From Candidatus Hermodarchaeota archaeon (GTDB taxonomy: Archaea > Asgardarchaeota > Lokiarchaeia > Sigyniarchaeales > SOKP01), in assembly GCA_048885525.1 (NCBI GenBank), contig JBHLLP010000001.1, forward strand, positions 32,001 through 96,000: DNA of 64,000 nucleotides, read 5' to 3'. The position numbers and the translations under genes were made by a program. Positions 1 to 9,365 of this stretch are shown piece by piece. Every line of letters starts with the position of its first letter. Position 1 is the first letter of the stretch. Under the pieces are notes generated by a model. It worked only from the letters and a program-made list of their open reading frames with translations, did not search any database and was not told the DNA's origin.

Positions 1-1
1 T

Positions 2-247
2 AAACTATCCGAATTACTCTTAAATAAAGAATATATAGATGCTCTAAAAACTGGTAAATCGAATAAAACTCTAATGTGGGCAGGTTTGAACCTAAATAAC
101 CTAGAAGAATCGATATTGGATGTCTATGAGAGGGATGAATTGCTCACACTAAAAAGCTTTAATCCTAAAATAGTTAAAATTATTGAACCTTACCTAGAAA
201 AAAGTAATGAAATAAAACAAAAAAAGGGGTTAGAAAAATTTCTATAA
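2..247 (+). CDS. 3' end of a protein truncated by the window edge (unknown function)
   Basis: Frame 2 is open from the edge to TAA at 245-247 (KLSELLLNKEY...QKKGLEKFL); not in the ORF track because it has no start. Confidence 0.65.
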   Translation, partial: KLSELLLNKEYIDALKTGKSNKTLMWAGLNLNNLEESILDVYERDELLTLKSFNPKIVKIIEPYLEKSNEIKQKKGLEKFL

Positions 248-279
248 TCACAGAAATAACCCAAGAAATTCTAATAGAA

Positions 280-990
280 TTGAAAATTACTGCTCCTAAA
301 TTAACTTCCGAACAGATTATTCGAAGGAATAAAATAATAAATTCTAATAATCCAAAATTTTTTGGATATGGCCATAAGATTTCTGATATTGAAAAAATTA
401 TAAAAATCATTCATATAAAATATCAATGTAGTTATGAGGATGCTCTAGTTATTTGTAAAAATTTAGTTAGCTCTAATGTTCTTGAGGAAAAATTTGCTGG
501 CATATTTTTTCTCAATCACTTTAAAAGCAATTTTGATCATGAGATCATTGATATATTTGAACATCTGTTATCTAAATACTGTGATACATGGGCTTTTTGT
601 GACAGCTTTTGTATTAGAGTTATTGGTCCTTTTCTCGGAAAAAAGAATAACCAGCAATTAGCTGAACAAACTATTGATAATTGGTCAAAATCTGAAAATC
701 TTTGGGTTAGAAGGGCCTCAATGATAATTCTCATTAAAATTATTATGATAAATAAAGGATTTGCTGAAAATTATGTATTTCAGCTAGTAGAAAAAATGCT
801 AAAATATACAGAAGATTATATACAAAAAGGTATTGGTTGGCTCCTAAAAACATGTTCAAAATATAACTCAGACATAATTTTCAAATACTTAATGAGTAAT
901 AAAAAAAGATTCCCTCGCTTAATTCTTAGATATGCTAGCGAAAAATTACCCAAAGAAAAAAGAAAGCAAATATTAAATATTAAAAATTGA
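280..990 (+). CDS. AlkD-like DNA alkylation repair protein (HEAT-like repeats)
   Basis: Motifs DTWAFCD, WSKSENLWVRRAS, YIQKGIGWLLK, LRYASEKL. Confidence 0.85.
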   Translation: MKITAPKLTSEQIIRRNKIINSNNPKFFGYGHKISDIEKIIKIIHIKYQCSYEDALVICKNLVSSNVLEEKFAGIFFLNHFKSNFDHEIIDIFEHLLSKYCDTWAFCDSFCIRVIGPFLGKKNNQQLAEQTIDNWSKSENLWVRRASMIILIKIIMINKGFAENYVFQLVEKMLKYTEDYIQKGIGWLLKTCSKYNSDIIFKYLMSNKKRFPRLILRYASEKLPKEKRKQILNIKN

Positions 991-1031
991 TTAATTTTCC
1001 TTAGATCTGATACATTTCTAAAGAAAACACA

Positions 1032-3224
1032 ATGAAATCGAATGTAAGAATAAAATTAAGAATTTTAATTACTTTAGGAATTATTTTCATTTTTTCAACA
1101 AAAATCGACAATTATTTCAATTTTAGTTCGGGAAATAGTGATAAAAGTTCAGAATATAGTGATGAAATTAACTCAGATAATGAAAATTTGAAAATCTCAA
1201 AACTATCAGGAAAAATTCATATTGATAATAATTGGACTGATGCTGAAACTGCTGGAATATGTAATGGCTCAGGCACTTATTCAGATCCTTATATCATAAA
1301 GGATTTGGTAATAGATGGGGGTGGTTCAGGAGATTGCATAAGGATTGAAAATTCTAATGTATACTTTAGGATTGATAATTGTACAGTTTATAATTCTGGT
1401 GATGATGCAGGAATCCGATTATCACATGTTAATAATTCCCAATTAATTAATAACAATTGCTCATCTAATTATGTTGGAATATCTTTAATGAATAGTAATA
1501 ACAATACCATTTCGCGAAACTCCGCAAACAATACGTCTTTTGGGCTATACTTATATTATAGCAATAATAATCTCATTTCGGGAAATACAGCAAATAATAA
1601 TGGAGATGACGCTATACTCTTATTTTATAGTGATAAAAACAACATTTCGGAAAATATCGTAACTAAAAATTATTATGCGATATATTTAATTAATAGTATT
1701 AATAATATCGTTTCGGGAAACACTGCTAGTTATAATACCTGGTATGGGATAAGATTATATAATAGTAATAATAACAATATTTCGGGAAATAAAGCAAATA
1801 ATAATAGCTATGGGATCTATTTGTATAATAGTAACAATAACAATATTTCGGGAAATAACGCAAATAATAATAACTATGGGATCTATTTAGTGTTTAGTTC
1901 TAATACCGAGATTTCAGGAAACATCGCAAATAACAATGAGTATGGAAAATATTTACAAAGTAGCGATAATAATATAATCTCGGGAAACACTGCTAATATA
2001 AATCATTTAAATGGGATATATTTATCTGATAGTGATAATAATGACATTTCGGGAAACACCGCAAATAACAACTACAAATTTGGGATATATTTAGGTGGTA
2101 ATAATAATACAGTTTCAGGAAATACAATGAATGAATGTGGGATAGGAGTAACCGGATCTTCTTATGATTTAGTTCATCTAGATGCTACGAATCTAGTAAA
2201 TGGAAAACCTGTATATTATTACATTAATGAAGTAAATCTAGGGCCAAATAATTTTACGAATGCCGGGCAAGTTATATTGGTTAACTGTAATGATTCATTA
2301 ATATCAAGCTTAAAAACCTCTTACAGTTCTAGTGGAATTTCATTATATTCTTGTACTTACAATACCATCTTGGGAAATACTGCTGATAATAACAATTTAA
2401 ATGGGATTTATTTGTCTGATGGTAATAATAATGATATTTCGGGAAACACCGCAAATAACAACTATGAATTTGGGATATATTCAAGTGGTAATAATAACAC
2501 AGTTTCAGGAAACACCGCAAATAACAACTATGAATTTGGGATATATTCAAGTGGTAATAATAACACAGTTTCAGGAAATATTGCAAACAACAATTATAAT
2601 GGGATATATTTATATAAGTATCGTGATAGCAATATCTCGGGAAATACTGCAAATAATAATAGTTATGGGATCTATTTAAGAGAAAGTGATAGAAATTATA
2701 TTACGAGAAACACCGCGAATAACAATAGATATGGGATATATTTATCTGACAGTATTAATAATGAAATTTCGGGAAACACTGCATATTTTAATGAGTATGG
2801 AATATGTGTATCTTTAAGTCCTGCAAATAATGTTTACATCAATAATTTCGCAGACAATAATAGAAATCTTTTTTCTCATGAATCATCAAATATATGGAAT
2901 TCGCCAAAAAAAATAATCTACACATATAAAGGAAAAAATTACACGAATTTCCTCGGCAATTATTGGGATAATTACACAGGAAATGATGCAAATAATGATG
3001 GAATTGGAGATACTCCTTTCTTCATAAATGGAGATATTGATAAATATCCGTTGATGGAATGCATTGAGAATTATAAAATTATTGAAATGATTGAATTCTC
3101 TGTCGAGGGAATTCCAGGATATAATGTATTCTTTCTACTTGGCATTATCCTAGTTGCCTTAATCCTTATATGTAAAAAAATAAAGAAACATTTCTCTATA
3201 TTTTTGCTCAAATTTATTTCATAA
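1032..3224 (+). CDS. Surface right-handed beta-helix (NosD/PbH1 repeat) protein with N-terminal signal and C-terminal IPGY-TM-basic (Loki-CTERM-like) anchor
   Basis: Many GIYL..S.NN.ISGNTANNN repeats; GNYW..Y.G.DANNDGIGDTP; tail GIPGYNVFFLLGIILVALILICKKIKK. Confidence 0.9.
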   Translation: MKSNVRIKLRILITLGIIFIFSTKIDNYFNFSSGNSDKSSEYSDEINSDNENLKISKLSGKIHIDNNWTDAETAGICNGSGTYSDPYIIKDLVIDGGGSGDCIRIENSNVYFRIDNCTVYNSGDDAGIRLSHVNNSQLINNNCSSNYVGISLMNSNNNTISRNSANNTSFGLYLYYSNNNLISGNTANNNGDDAILLFYSDKNNISENIVTKNYYAIYLINSINNIVSGNTASYNTWYGIRLYNSNNNNISGNKANNNSYGIYLYNSNNNNISGNNANNNNYGIYLVFSSNTEISGNIANNNEYGKYLQSSDNNIISGNTANINHLNGIYLSDSDNNDISGNTANNNYKFGIYLGGNNNTVSGNTMNECGIGVTGSSYDLVHLDATNLVNGKPVYYYINEVNLGPNNFTNAGQVILVNCNDSLISSLKTSYSSSGISLYSCTYNTILGNTADNNNLNGIYLSDGNNNDISGNTANNNYEFGIYSSGNNNTVSGNTANNNYEFGIYSSGNNNTVSGNIANNNYNGIYLYKYRDSNISGNTANNNSYGIYLRESDRNYITRNTANNNRYGIYLSDSINNEISGNTAYFNEYGICVSLSPANNVYINNFADNNRNLFSHESSNIWNSPKKIIYTYKGKNYTNFLGNYWDNYTGNDANNDGIGDTPFFINGDIDKYPLMECIENYKIIEMIEFSVEGIPGYNVFFLLGIILVALILICKKIKKHFSIFLLKFIS
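2442..2578 (+). repeat. Exact 66-bp tandem duplication (2 copies + 5 bp) within the beta-helix gene
   Basis: ggaaacaccgcaaataacaactatgaatttgggatatattcaagtggtaataataacacagtttca at 2442-2507 and 2508-2573. Confidence 0.95.
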
Positions 3225-3311
3225 TTTATCGAATATTTAGCATCTGTAAGATTCAAATTTCAAATTATCCTTTTAAAGATTAACTATTATAAAGTTTTTG
3301 ATTTACACCTA

Positions 3312-3752
3312 TCATAATACTATTGTAGTAATATTTAGATCTACAGCTCTCACTATCCAACTACCTATTGACGGGAAAATTACAGGCACAGTACAATTAT
3401 AGTAGGTTACAATAAATTCACAGAGCCCATAATTTCTTTCAATTGCCCATAAATTAATATCTACAATTCGAGATACATTATTGATATTGGCTCCTTGAGA
3501 ATAGGGTTGGTGACAAGTATCTGGTAAGGCATATTCTACAGTAACGTTTATCTCTACTCCCTTAAATGGAATCCCATCAATGATTATGTTTTCAACATCT
3601 CTCACTGGATAAATATCATATCTATGTGTCAAAGTCCATAGATAATCAATAAAAAACACAACAATAGGAGTTAGAATGAGTAATAAACAAGTACATAGAG
3701 ATAAAATTTTAAGAATTTTTGAAGTTTTAATTTCAGAATACCACTTTTTTAT
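3312..3752 (-). CDS. Small membrane-anchored/secreted hypothetical protein; probable upstream ATA start
   Basis: ORF-track frame (3659) stays open 31 codons upstream, adding KKWYSEIKTSKILKILSLCTCLLLILTPIV (signal/TM-like); GAGG lies just before ATA at 3752. Confidence 0.6.
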   Translation of the reverse strand: MKKWYSEIKTSKILKILSLCTCLLLILTPIVVFFIDYLWTLTHRYDIYPVRDVENIIIDGIPFKGVEINVTVEYALPDTCHQPYSQGANINNVSRIVDINLWAIERNYGLCEFIVTYYNCTVPVIFPSIGSWIVRAVDLNITTIVL

Positions 3753-4023
3753 TTAAGTCCTCTAAAAATTCATTAGGCTAAGATTATTTATAAATCTAAT
3801 TTTATAATTCTTAATTTTTCGATAAATCTGTTTTTCTAAGTTTATAGTCTATTCATTCTGAAAAAAAGCTTAATAATTAATTTTAAAAAGTGGAGGAATC
3901 ATAGGAAAAAACTTTATATGATATTTTTTCCTTTTTAAATTACGAATTTTGTTATTTTGAAAACTTAAATGTTTTATTAAATAATAATTCTAAATAACGC
4001 CAAGCCAAGGTGGCGTAGCCCGG

Positions 4024-4060
4024 TGTCAGAAGACGTTGGAACTTTCCCGATGACGGGTAG
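4024..4060 (+). other. tRNA-Phe D-loop intron (37 nt, position 19/20)
   Basis: BHB-like: central helix GCCC/GGGT, bulges GG|T and AG|G, outer helix GTCA/TGAC; splicing restores D-loop AGCCCGGGA. Confidence 0.8.
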
Positions 4061-4100
4061 GAACGCACTAGACTGAAGATCTAGGTATCGAGAGTTCAAA

Positions 4101-4130
4101 AATAAACCCCTTTTCGAGCTTTATAGAAAT
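4101..4130 (+). other. tRNA-Phe T-loop intron (30 nt, position 59/60)
   Basis: Relaxed BHB (TTC/GAA, ATAAA/TTTAT); removal restores T-loop TTCAAAT; exact junction can slide within the A-run. Confidence 0.8.
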
Positions 4131-4194
4131 TCTCTCCCTTGGCACACATACTTTCTATTTTCTAATAAATATTTAATAAAGACTCTTAATTTAA

Positions 4195-5400
4195 ATGCTT
4201 AGATTCAAAATGAAATATGATTTTGATAGAGTTATTGAACGTTCTGGTACTTTCTCAGTCAAATGGGATAAATATTTTCTTAAAGAGCAATTTAAATCTG
4301 AAGAGGTTTTACCTCTATGGGTTGCGGATATGGATTTCCAATGTCCTCAACCTGTTATTGATGCATTAAAAAGAAGAGCTGAGCAAGAAATTTATGGTTA
4401 TAGCTGGCATAAAACTCCTACATATTTAAATGCTGTTTCAAATTGGATGAAAAGAAGACATAAATGGAAAACAGATAATGAGTGGATAGTATTTAGTCCT
4501 GGAATTGTTCCAGCAATTAAAATGTTAGTCCAAACTTTTACAAATGTTGGTGAGAAAGTAATCATCCAACCACCAGTGTATTACCCTTTTTTTACAGCGA
4601 TAGAAAATAATGGACGTAGACTGTTAAGCAATCAATTGCATTATGAGAATAAGAGATATACTTTTGATTTCGAAGATTTTGAAGAGAAAGCTAAGGATCC
4701 ATTAACTAAGATGTTTATTCTCTGTAGTCCTCATAACCCTGTAGGACGTGTTTGGACTGGAAAAGAACTTAGAAGGCTTGGAGATATATGCATAGAAAAT
4801 GATGTTTTAGTAATTTCAGACGAAATTCACCATGATTTGATCCTTTCGGGATTTAAACATACTCTCTTCTCTACAATATCAGAAGATTTTGAGAGGAATA
4901 CGATTATGTGTACCGCTCCTAGTAAAACATTTAATATTGCTGGTTTAAATACCTCTAATATAATCATCCCGGACGAGAAATTGAGAGAGTCATTCATAAA
5001 TACAATATCCAATAGGAATAGTGTTATGAGCCCTAATGCTTTTGGTATTGTTGCATTAATTGCTGCCTACAATGAAGGAGAAGATTGGTTAAATCAAGTT
5101 TTGAATTATATTGAAACAAATTTTAGATTTTTAAAACAATTCATTCAAGACTTACTGCCCGATGTTGATTTTATTGATCCAGAGGGGACTTATCTAGCTT
5201 GGTTAGATTGCAATAAATTAGGTATGAATGATGAAGAACTTAGTAATTTTATGTTGAAAAAAGCAAAAGTTGCATTAGATGATGGAAAAATATTCGGCCC
5301 TGGTGGAGAAGGGTTTGAGCGAATAAATGTAGCATGTCCACAATCTATTTTAAAAGAGTGTATGAATCGTATAGTTAATGCATTAAATGAAAAAAAATAA
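4195..5400 (+). CDS. patB: MalY/PatB family PLP-dependent cystathionine beta-lyase / C-S lyase
   Basis: SVKWD, LPLWVADMDF, LCSPHNPVGRVW, SDEIH, APSKTFN (PLP Lys), RINVAC. Confidence 0.92.
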   Translation: MLRFKMKYDFDRVIERSGTFSVKWDKYFLKEQFKSEEVLPLWVADMDFQCPQPVIDALKRRAEQEIYGYSWHKTPTYLNAVSNWMKRRHKWKTDNEWIVFSPGIVPAIKMLVQTFTNVGEKVIIQPPVYYPFFTAIENNGRRLLSNQLHYENKRYTFDFEDFEEKAKDPLTKMFILCSPHNPVGRVWTGKELRRLGDICIENDVLVISDEIHHDLILSGFKHTLFSTISEDFERNTIMCTAPSKTFNIAGLNTSNIIIPDEKLRESFINTISNRNSVMSPNAFGIVALIAAYNEGEDWLNQVLNYIETNFRFLKQFIQDLLPDVDFIDPEGTYLAWLDCNKLGMNDEELSNFMLKKAKVALDDGKIFGPGGEGFERINVACPQSILKECMNRIVNALNEKK

Positions 5401-5430
5401 TAATTTCTCTCTTAATCACTTTTATTGAGA

Positions 5431-5958
5431 TCAATAAACTAATGGGTTTTGACTTCTTCTCGAGTCTCTATTAATAAAAATCCTAAATTTTTCGTTATTT
5501 TCATCTATAAATTCCCAAAATTCATTATATATATCTTCAAGAGTCATATTTTTTCGATGTGAATTAGATCTTTGATTTTTTAGTTTATTTTGTATTTTAG
5601 TTGAAATTTCTTTTAGTTTATATTCAAGATAATTACCTTCCAAGATTAAATTTTCAAAAAGCTCGATATCATCTTGTTTGAGGTTATTAAAATCGGATTT
5701 TTTTTCATGAATTGACCTATTTTCAAATTCAAAATCTACTTTCTGATACCCTCGAACTTGAAAATTTTTATCCACAAAAGCTTGGAATTGATGATTGCAG
5801 ACTAATCCCTTTGCTATTGACATTGTAGTTAACTGTTTTGCCTCAGCAATGACAGAATTAGGAACTTTTAATGATTTTTTTGATTTACATACTGGGCATA
5901 TAAATTCAACTTTCGATCTATTGATATTTACATTCCTCTTAATTTCTGTAACTGCCAT
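5431..5958 (-). CDS. Zinc-ribbon hypothetical protein
   Basis: CPVC...CNHQFQAFVDKNFQVRGYQ. Confidence 0.75.
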   Translation of the reverse strand: MAVTEIKRNVNINRSKVEFICPVCKSKKSLKVPNSVIAEAKQLTTMSIAKGLVCNHQFQAFVDKNFQVRGYQKVDFEFENRSIHEKKSDFNNLKQDDIELFENLILEGNYLEYKLKEISTKIQNKLKNQRSNSHRKNMTLEDIYNEFWEFIDENNEKFRIFINRDSRRSQNPLVY

Positions 5959-6078
5959 TATAACACCTTCTTGAAATTATCTAAAATTAACAATAAAAAC
6001 CCCATTTATTTCATAATGAAAAGAATGAGATTTAAGGAGAGGGAGATTTCTTATTAAGTAATTTATAGATTATCTTTA

Positions 6079-6591
6079 TTAGGTATTATTAGGATCAAAT
6101 TTAATATTCATATTATTTTCATCTAATTCAAAGTATATCTCTAAATTTGAAACTAAATCGCTTTCAATTTTGAAATAATGTGAACCCTTGGTAAAATTCT
6201 TTAATGTCTCAACATCTAATTGTATTAAGAGACTAAGAGTATCGTTTAAATTAATAGTTCTACCACTTAATTTACCTTCTATAATATCATTTATATTAAA
6301 GGATTCTCCTTTATGATAGACCAATAAGTGATTTTTTATAGTATCTAAATTTACATTTTCTTTAGAGAAATTTAACTTTATATCATCTAAGTAAAATTCT
6401 CCATATTTAGATAGATCTAGTGCATTTTGATCAAACTTTTTAATATTGAAATCTCCAATTTCTATTTCATCAGGAATTACAAATGGTATAAGTAGATTTA
6501 TAAATCTTATTTGAATTGAATCAGTTTTACCGTCACCATCAGTATCTACGGTAAAGACACTCTTATTTGGCGGAAAGATCTTCTTTATCAA
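6079..6591 (-). CDS. Hypothetical protein (DxDGDGxxD Ca-binding-like loop)
   Basis: 170-aa ORF filling the gap; DTDGDGKTD. Confidence 0.7.
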   Translation of the reverse strand: MIKKIFPPNKSVFTVDTDGDGKTDSIQIRFINLLIPFVIPDEIEIGDFNIKKFDQNALDLSKYGEFYLDDIKLNFSKENVNLDTIKNHLLVYHKGESFNINDIIEGKLSGRTINLNDTLSLLIQLDVETLKNFTKGSHYFKIESDLVSNLEIYFELDENNMNIKFDPNNT

Positions 6592-6669
6592 AACTTTAAA
6601 AGCAGATAAATCATAAGAGATAATTAATCAACCTACTAACTTTTTATGAATTTAAATATATTCAGAATA

Positions 6670-7695
6670 TTAATATTTTTCTACTTCAGAAATCTTTACA
6701 GGACGATTCTCTTCAAATGATTTCTGAGCAGCTAATGCTACTAGAACATTTTGTAACCCATCTTCTCCGTTTGGCTTAGGTTCTTTATTTTTCCGTAAAT
6801 TATCAAAAAAAGTTTTCAATTCAGTTAAATATGACTCCATATATCGTTCCATGAAAAAATATGGGATTTTGTCAATATTGGTACATTCAGCAGTATAAAT
6901 ACGTACAGTATTAGTAGCCTCATTATCCGCTACTACACATCCTTTCGAACCAAACACCTCAACGCGTTGATCATATCCATACACTGCTTGACGAGTATTA
7001 TCAATTACTCCCATTGCCCCATTTTTAAATTTTAAAACAGCCACAGCAGTATCTATATCTCCCGCTTTCCCAATTTCAGGATCAATAAGTACAGCTCCAG
7101 TTGCATAGACTTCTTCCACTTCACTCCCTGCTTGGAATCTTGCCATGTCCCAATCATGAATAGTCATATCAAGAAAAATACCTCCTGATACTTTTATATA
7201 CTCTATTGGAGGAGGAGCGGGATCTCGAGAAGTAATTTTAATAATTTGAGGTTCTCCTATTTGACCAGAAGCAACTGATTCACGGCATCTCATAAAATTA
7301 CGATCAAAACGTCGATTAAACCCCACCATGAGTTTTACCCCTGTTTTTTTTACAATAGATAGTGTTTCTTTAATTCGTTTTATGTCCGTATCAAGAGGTT
7401 TCTCACAAAAGACTTGTTTTTTTGCTTTGGCAGCCTCCTGAATAAAATTTGCATGTGTATCCGTAGGTGAGCAAATTACTACTATCTCAATTTCAGGATC
7501 ATTAAAAATTTCATAAGCATCTGTAGTGAGTTTCAGTATGCCATTTTCTTCTGCCCATTGTCGCAATTCATTATTTATATTCACATCAGCTACAATTTTT
7601 AAATTAACATCAGATATTTTACGTAATAGATTTTCAATATGTATTTTTCCAATTCTACCCGCTCCAATTACTCCAACTGTAAACTTTTTCAGCAT
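6670..7695 (-). CDS. iolG: myo-inositol 2-dehydrogenase
   Basis: GAGRIG, FCEKP, GFNRRFD, ITSRDP.PP, GGIFLDMTIHD, YGYDQRVEVFG, FFMERY. Confidence 0.92.
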   Translation of the reverse strand: MLKKFTVGVIGAGRIGKIHIENLLRKISDVNLKIVADVNINNELRQWAEENGILKLTTDAYEIFNDPEIEIVVICSPTDTHANFIQEAAKAKKQVFCEKPLDTDIKRIKETLSIVKKTGVKLMVGFNRRFDRNFMRCRESVASGQIGEPQIIKITSRDPAPPPIEYIKVSGGIFLDMTIHDWDMARFQAGSEVEEVYATGAVLIDPEIGKAGDIDTAVAVLKFKNGAMGVIDNTRQAVYGYDQRVEVFGSKGCVVADNEATNTVRIYTAECTNIDKIPYFFMERYMESYLTELKTFFDNLRKNKEPKPNGEDGLQNVLVALAAQKSFEENRPVKISEVEKY

Positions 7696-7855
7696 ATTAT
7701 ATCACATTTGAGCTTTTATTATTTAAATTTTAGAAAATTGAAAAAGACATCTAAATACGAAATTTATTTAAAGTGAAATATCAAATATATAATCACATTT
7801 AATTTTAGTATTTCAAATTAAAAAAAGATGGTTTTAAAATAAATTTCTATAAGAA

Positions 7856-9271
7856 GTGAGAAATGATTTTATGAATGAAAATGAATCTAGAGAGATTTCT
7901 CTGCGTACTAAACTAGCCTTTGCTTGCGGAGAAGTTGGAGATAATATGGCTTTAAACACCTTTTCATTTTTGATGTTTACTTTTTATTACGCAGTTGTGA
8001 GGATACCTACTAATTTACTAACGTTAGGCTTTATAATTTGGGCTCTATGGAATGCATTTAATGATCCATTAATTGGATACCTTTCAGATAAAACCAAAAG
8101 TAGATGGGGACGGAGGATTCCGTGGATGATAGGCGCTACAATCCCATTAGGAGTTCTGATGATATTATTATTTACTCCTTTATTTACTTATGAACAAAAT
8201 GAGTCTGTTTTTATTTATTTCATCATAATATTGATACTATTTGATATTGCATATACATCCTTTAATCTGAATTATAATGCGCTTTTTTCTGAAATGTTTG
8301 TTGATATGAAACAACGTAGTGCAACTGGAAGAATAAGAATTATTTTTGTATTAATTGCAACCATGTTTGCTATGGTCTTTCCTACTTTAATCATTGATGA
8401 TTTTACTAGTAATGCTCCAATCGTAAAAATTCAATATATAATTGTTGGTATCGTCGCTGCAGCAATTATCTTTATCTTTTATTTTATAATCCTCAAAAAA
8501 GGTGTTGAAGATCCTAAACATATTTCAAAGGACGCAGAATCTGCAATGTCTTTCATAAAAACAATAAAATTTACATTCAAACATAAATCCTTTCTATGGT
8601 TTCTCGGTCCTGCCCTTGGGACTTGGCTTGTAATCAATATTCTACCGACATTAGCTCCGCTTTTCTTCGAGCATGCTGTTGGAATAGATGATCCTGAATT
8701 TATAGGGATATTGCTTTTGGTTATGTTTCTTGTTTCTGCAGCAACCACTCCATTATGGGAGAGAGTTAGAGTTAAATATGGTGCACGGATGAGTGGAATG
8801 ATAGGAATTAGCGTGTGGTTAATATCAATAATTTTTTTTGCCTATTCAATTAATTTTGAAATGGCTCTTATCGCGATGTTTTTCTTGGGATTTGGATTGG
8901 GGGGTGGTCTTTACTTTTATGATCAATGTATTGCAGAAATCATAGATGAAGATGAAATTACCTATGGAGTACGAAGATCTGGTTTTTATTATGCTATTCT
9001 TAATTTCCTTATTAGATTATCGATGATTCTAAATTTTGTGATTATAGGGTTAGTTTTTACTTCTACAGATTGGATGACATATGACCCAATTCCTACAGAT
9101 CCTGAACTTGTAGTATTAGGCCTTCGAATTTTAATGGGAATATACCCTGCACTAATCTTAGCATTTTCTCTGATTGGTATGTATTTCTATCCAATTAAGG
9201 GAGAAAGACTTAGAGAAAACAGAAAAAAATTAACTGAATTGCATGATAAAAAGAAAAGTAGCATTACATAA
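7856..9271 (+). CDS. MFS glycoside-pentoside-hexuronide (GPH) transporter
   Basis: NAFNDPLIGYLSDKTKSRWGRRIPW, ~12 TM segments, GVRRSGFY. Confidence 0.88.
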   Translation: MRNDFMNENESREISLRTKLAFACGEVGDNMALNTFSFLMFTFYYAVVRIPTNLLTLGFIIWALWNAFNDPLIGYLSDKTKSRWGRRIPWMIGATIPLGVLMILLFTPLFTYEQNESVFIYFIIILILFDIAYTSFNLNYNALFSEMFVDMKQRSATGRIRIIFVLIATMFAMVFPTLIIDDFTSNAPIVKIQYIIVGIVAAAIIFIFYFIILKKGVEDPKHISKDAESAMSFIKTIKFTFKHKSFLWFLGPALGTWLVINILPTLAPLFFEHAVGIDDPEFIGILLLVMFLVSAATTPLWERVRVKYGARMSGMIGISVWLISIIFFAYSINFEMALIAMFFLGFGLGGGLYFYDQCIAEIIDEDEITYGVRRSGFYYAILNFLIRLSMILNFVIIGLVFTSTDWMTYDPIPTDPELVVLGLRILMGIYPALILAFSLIGMYFYPIKGERLRENRKKLTELHDKKKSSIT

Positions 9272-9365
9272 CCAAGATCTAATAATTTTCCTTTTTTTTT
9301 AAAAAAATCTAGAAATTATTTATTTCTTTCTTTAACTAACAAATATAAGTTAAGTAAATATTTTT

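Larger units (their letters stand above)
4004..4144 (+). tRNA. tRNA-Phe(GAA) with two non-canonical introns (19/20 and 59/60)
   Basis: Acceptor GCCAAGG/CCTTGGC, D-stem GCGT/ACGC, anticodon arm CTAGA-CTGAAGA-TCTAG, T-stem GAGAG/CTCTC; removing 4024-4060 and 4101-4130 gives a regular 74-nt cloverleaf; CCA not encoded. Confidence 0.93.

Noticed and set aside
1500-2800. Regularly spaced repeats resembling a CRISPR array
   Set aside because: They are in-frame 66-69-nt coding repeats of a beta-helix protein with no unique spacers, and no cas genes are present.
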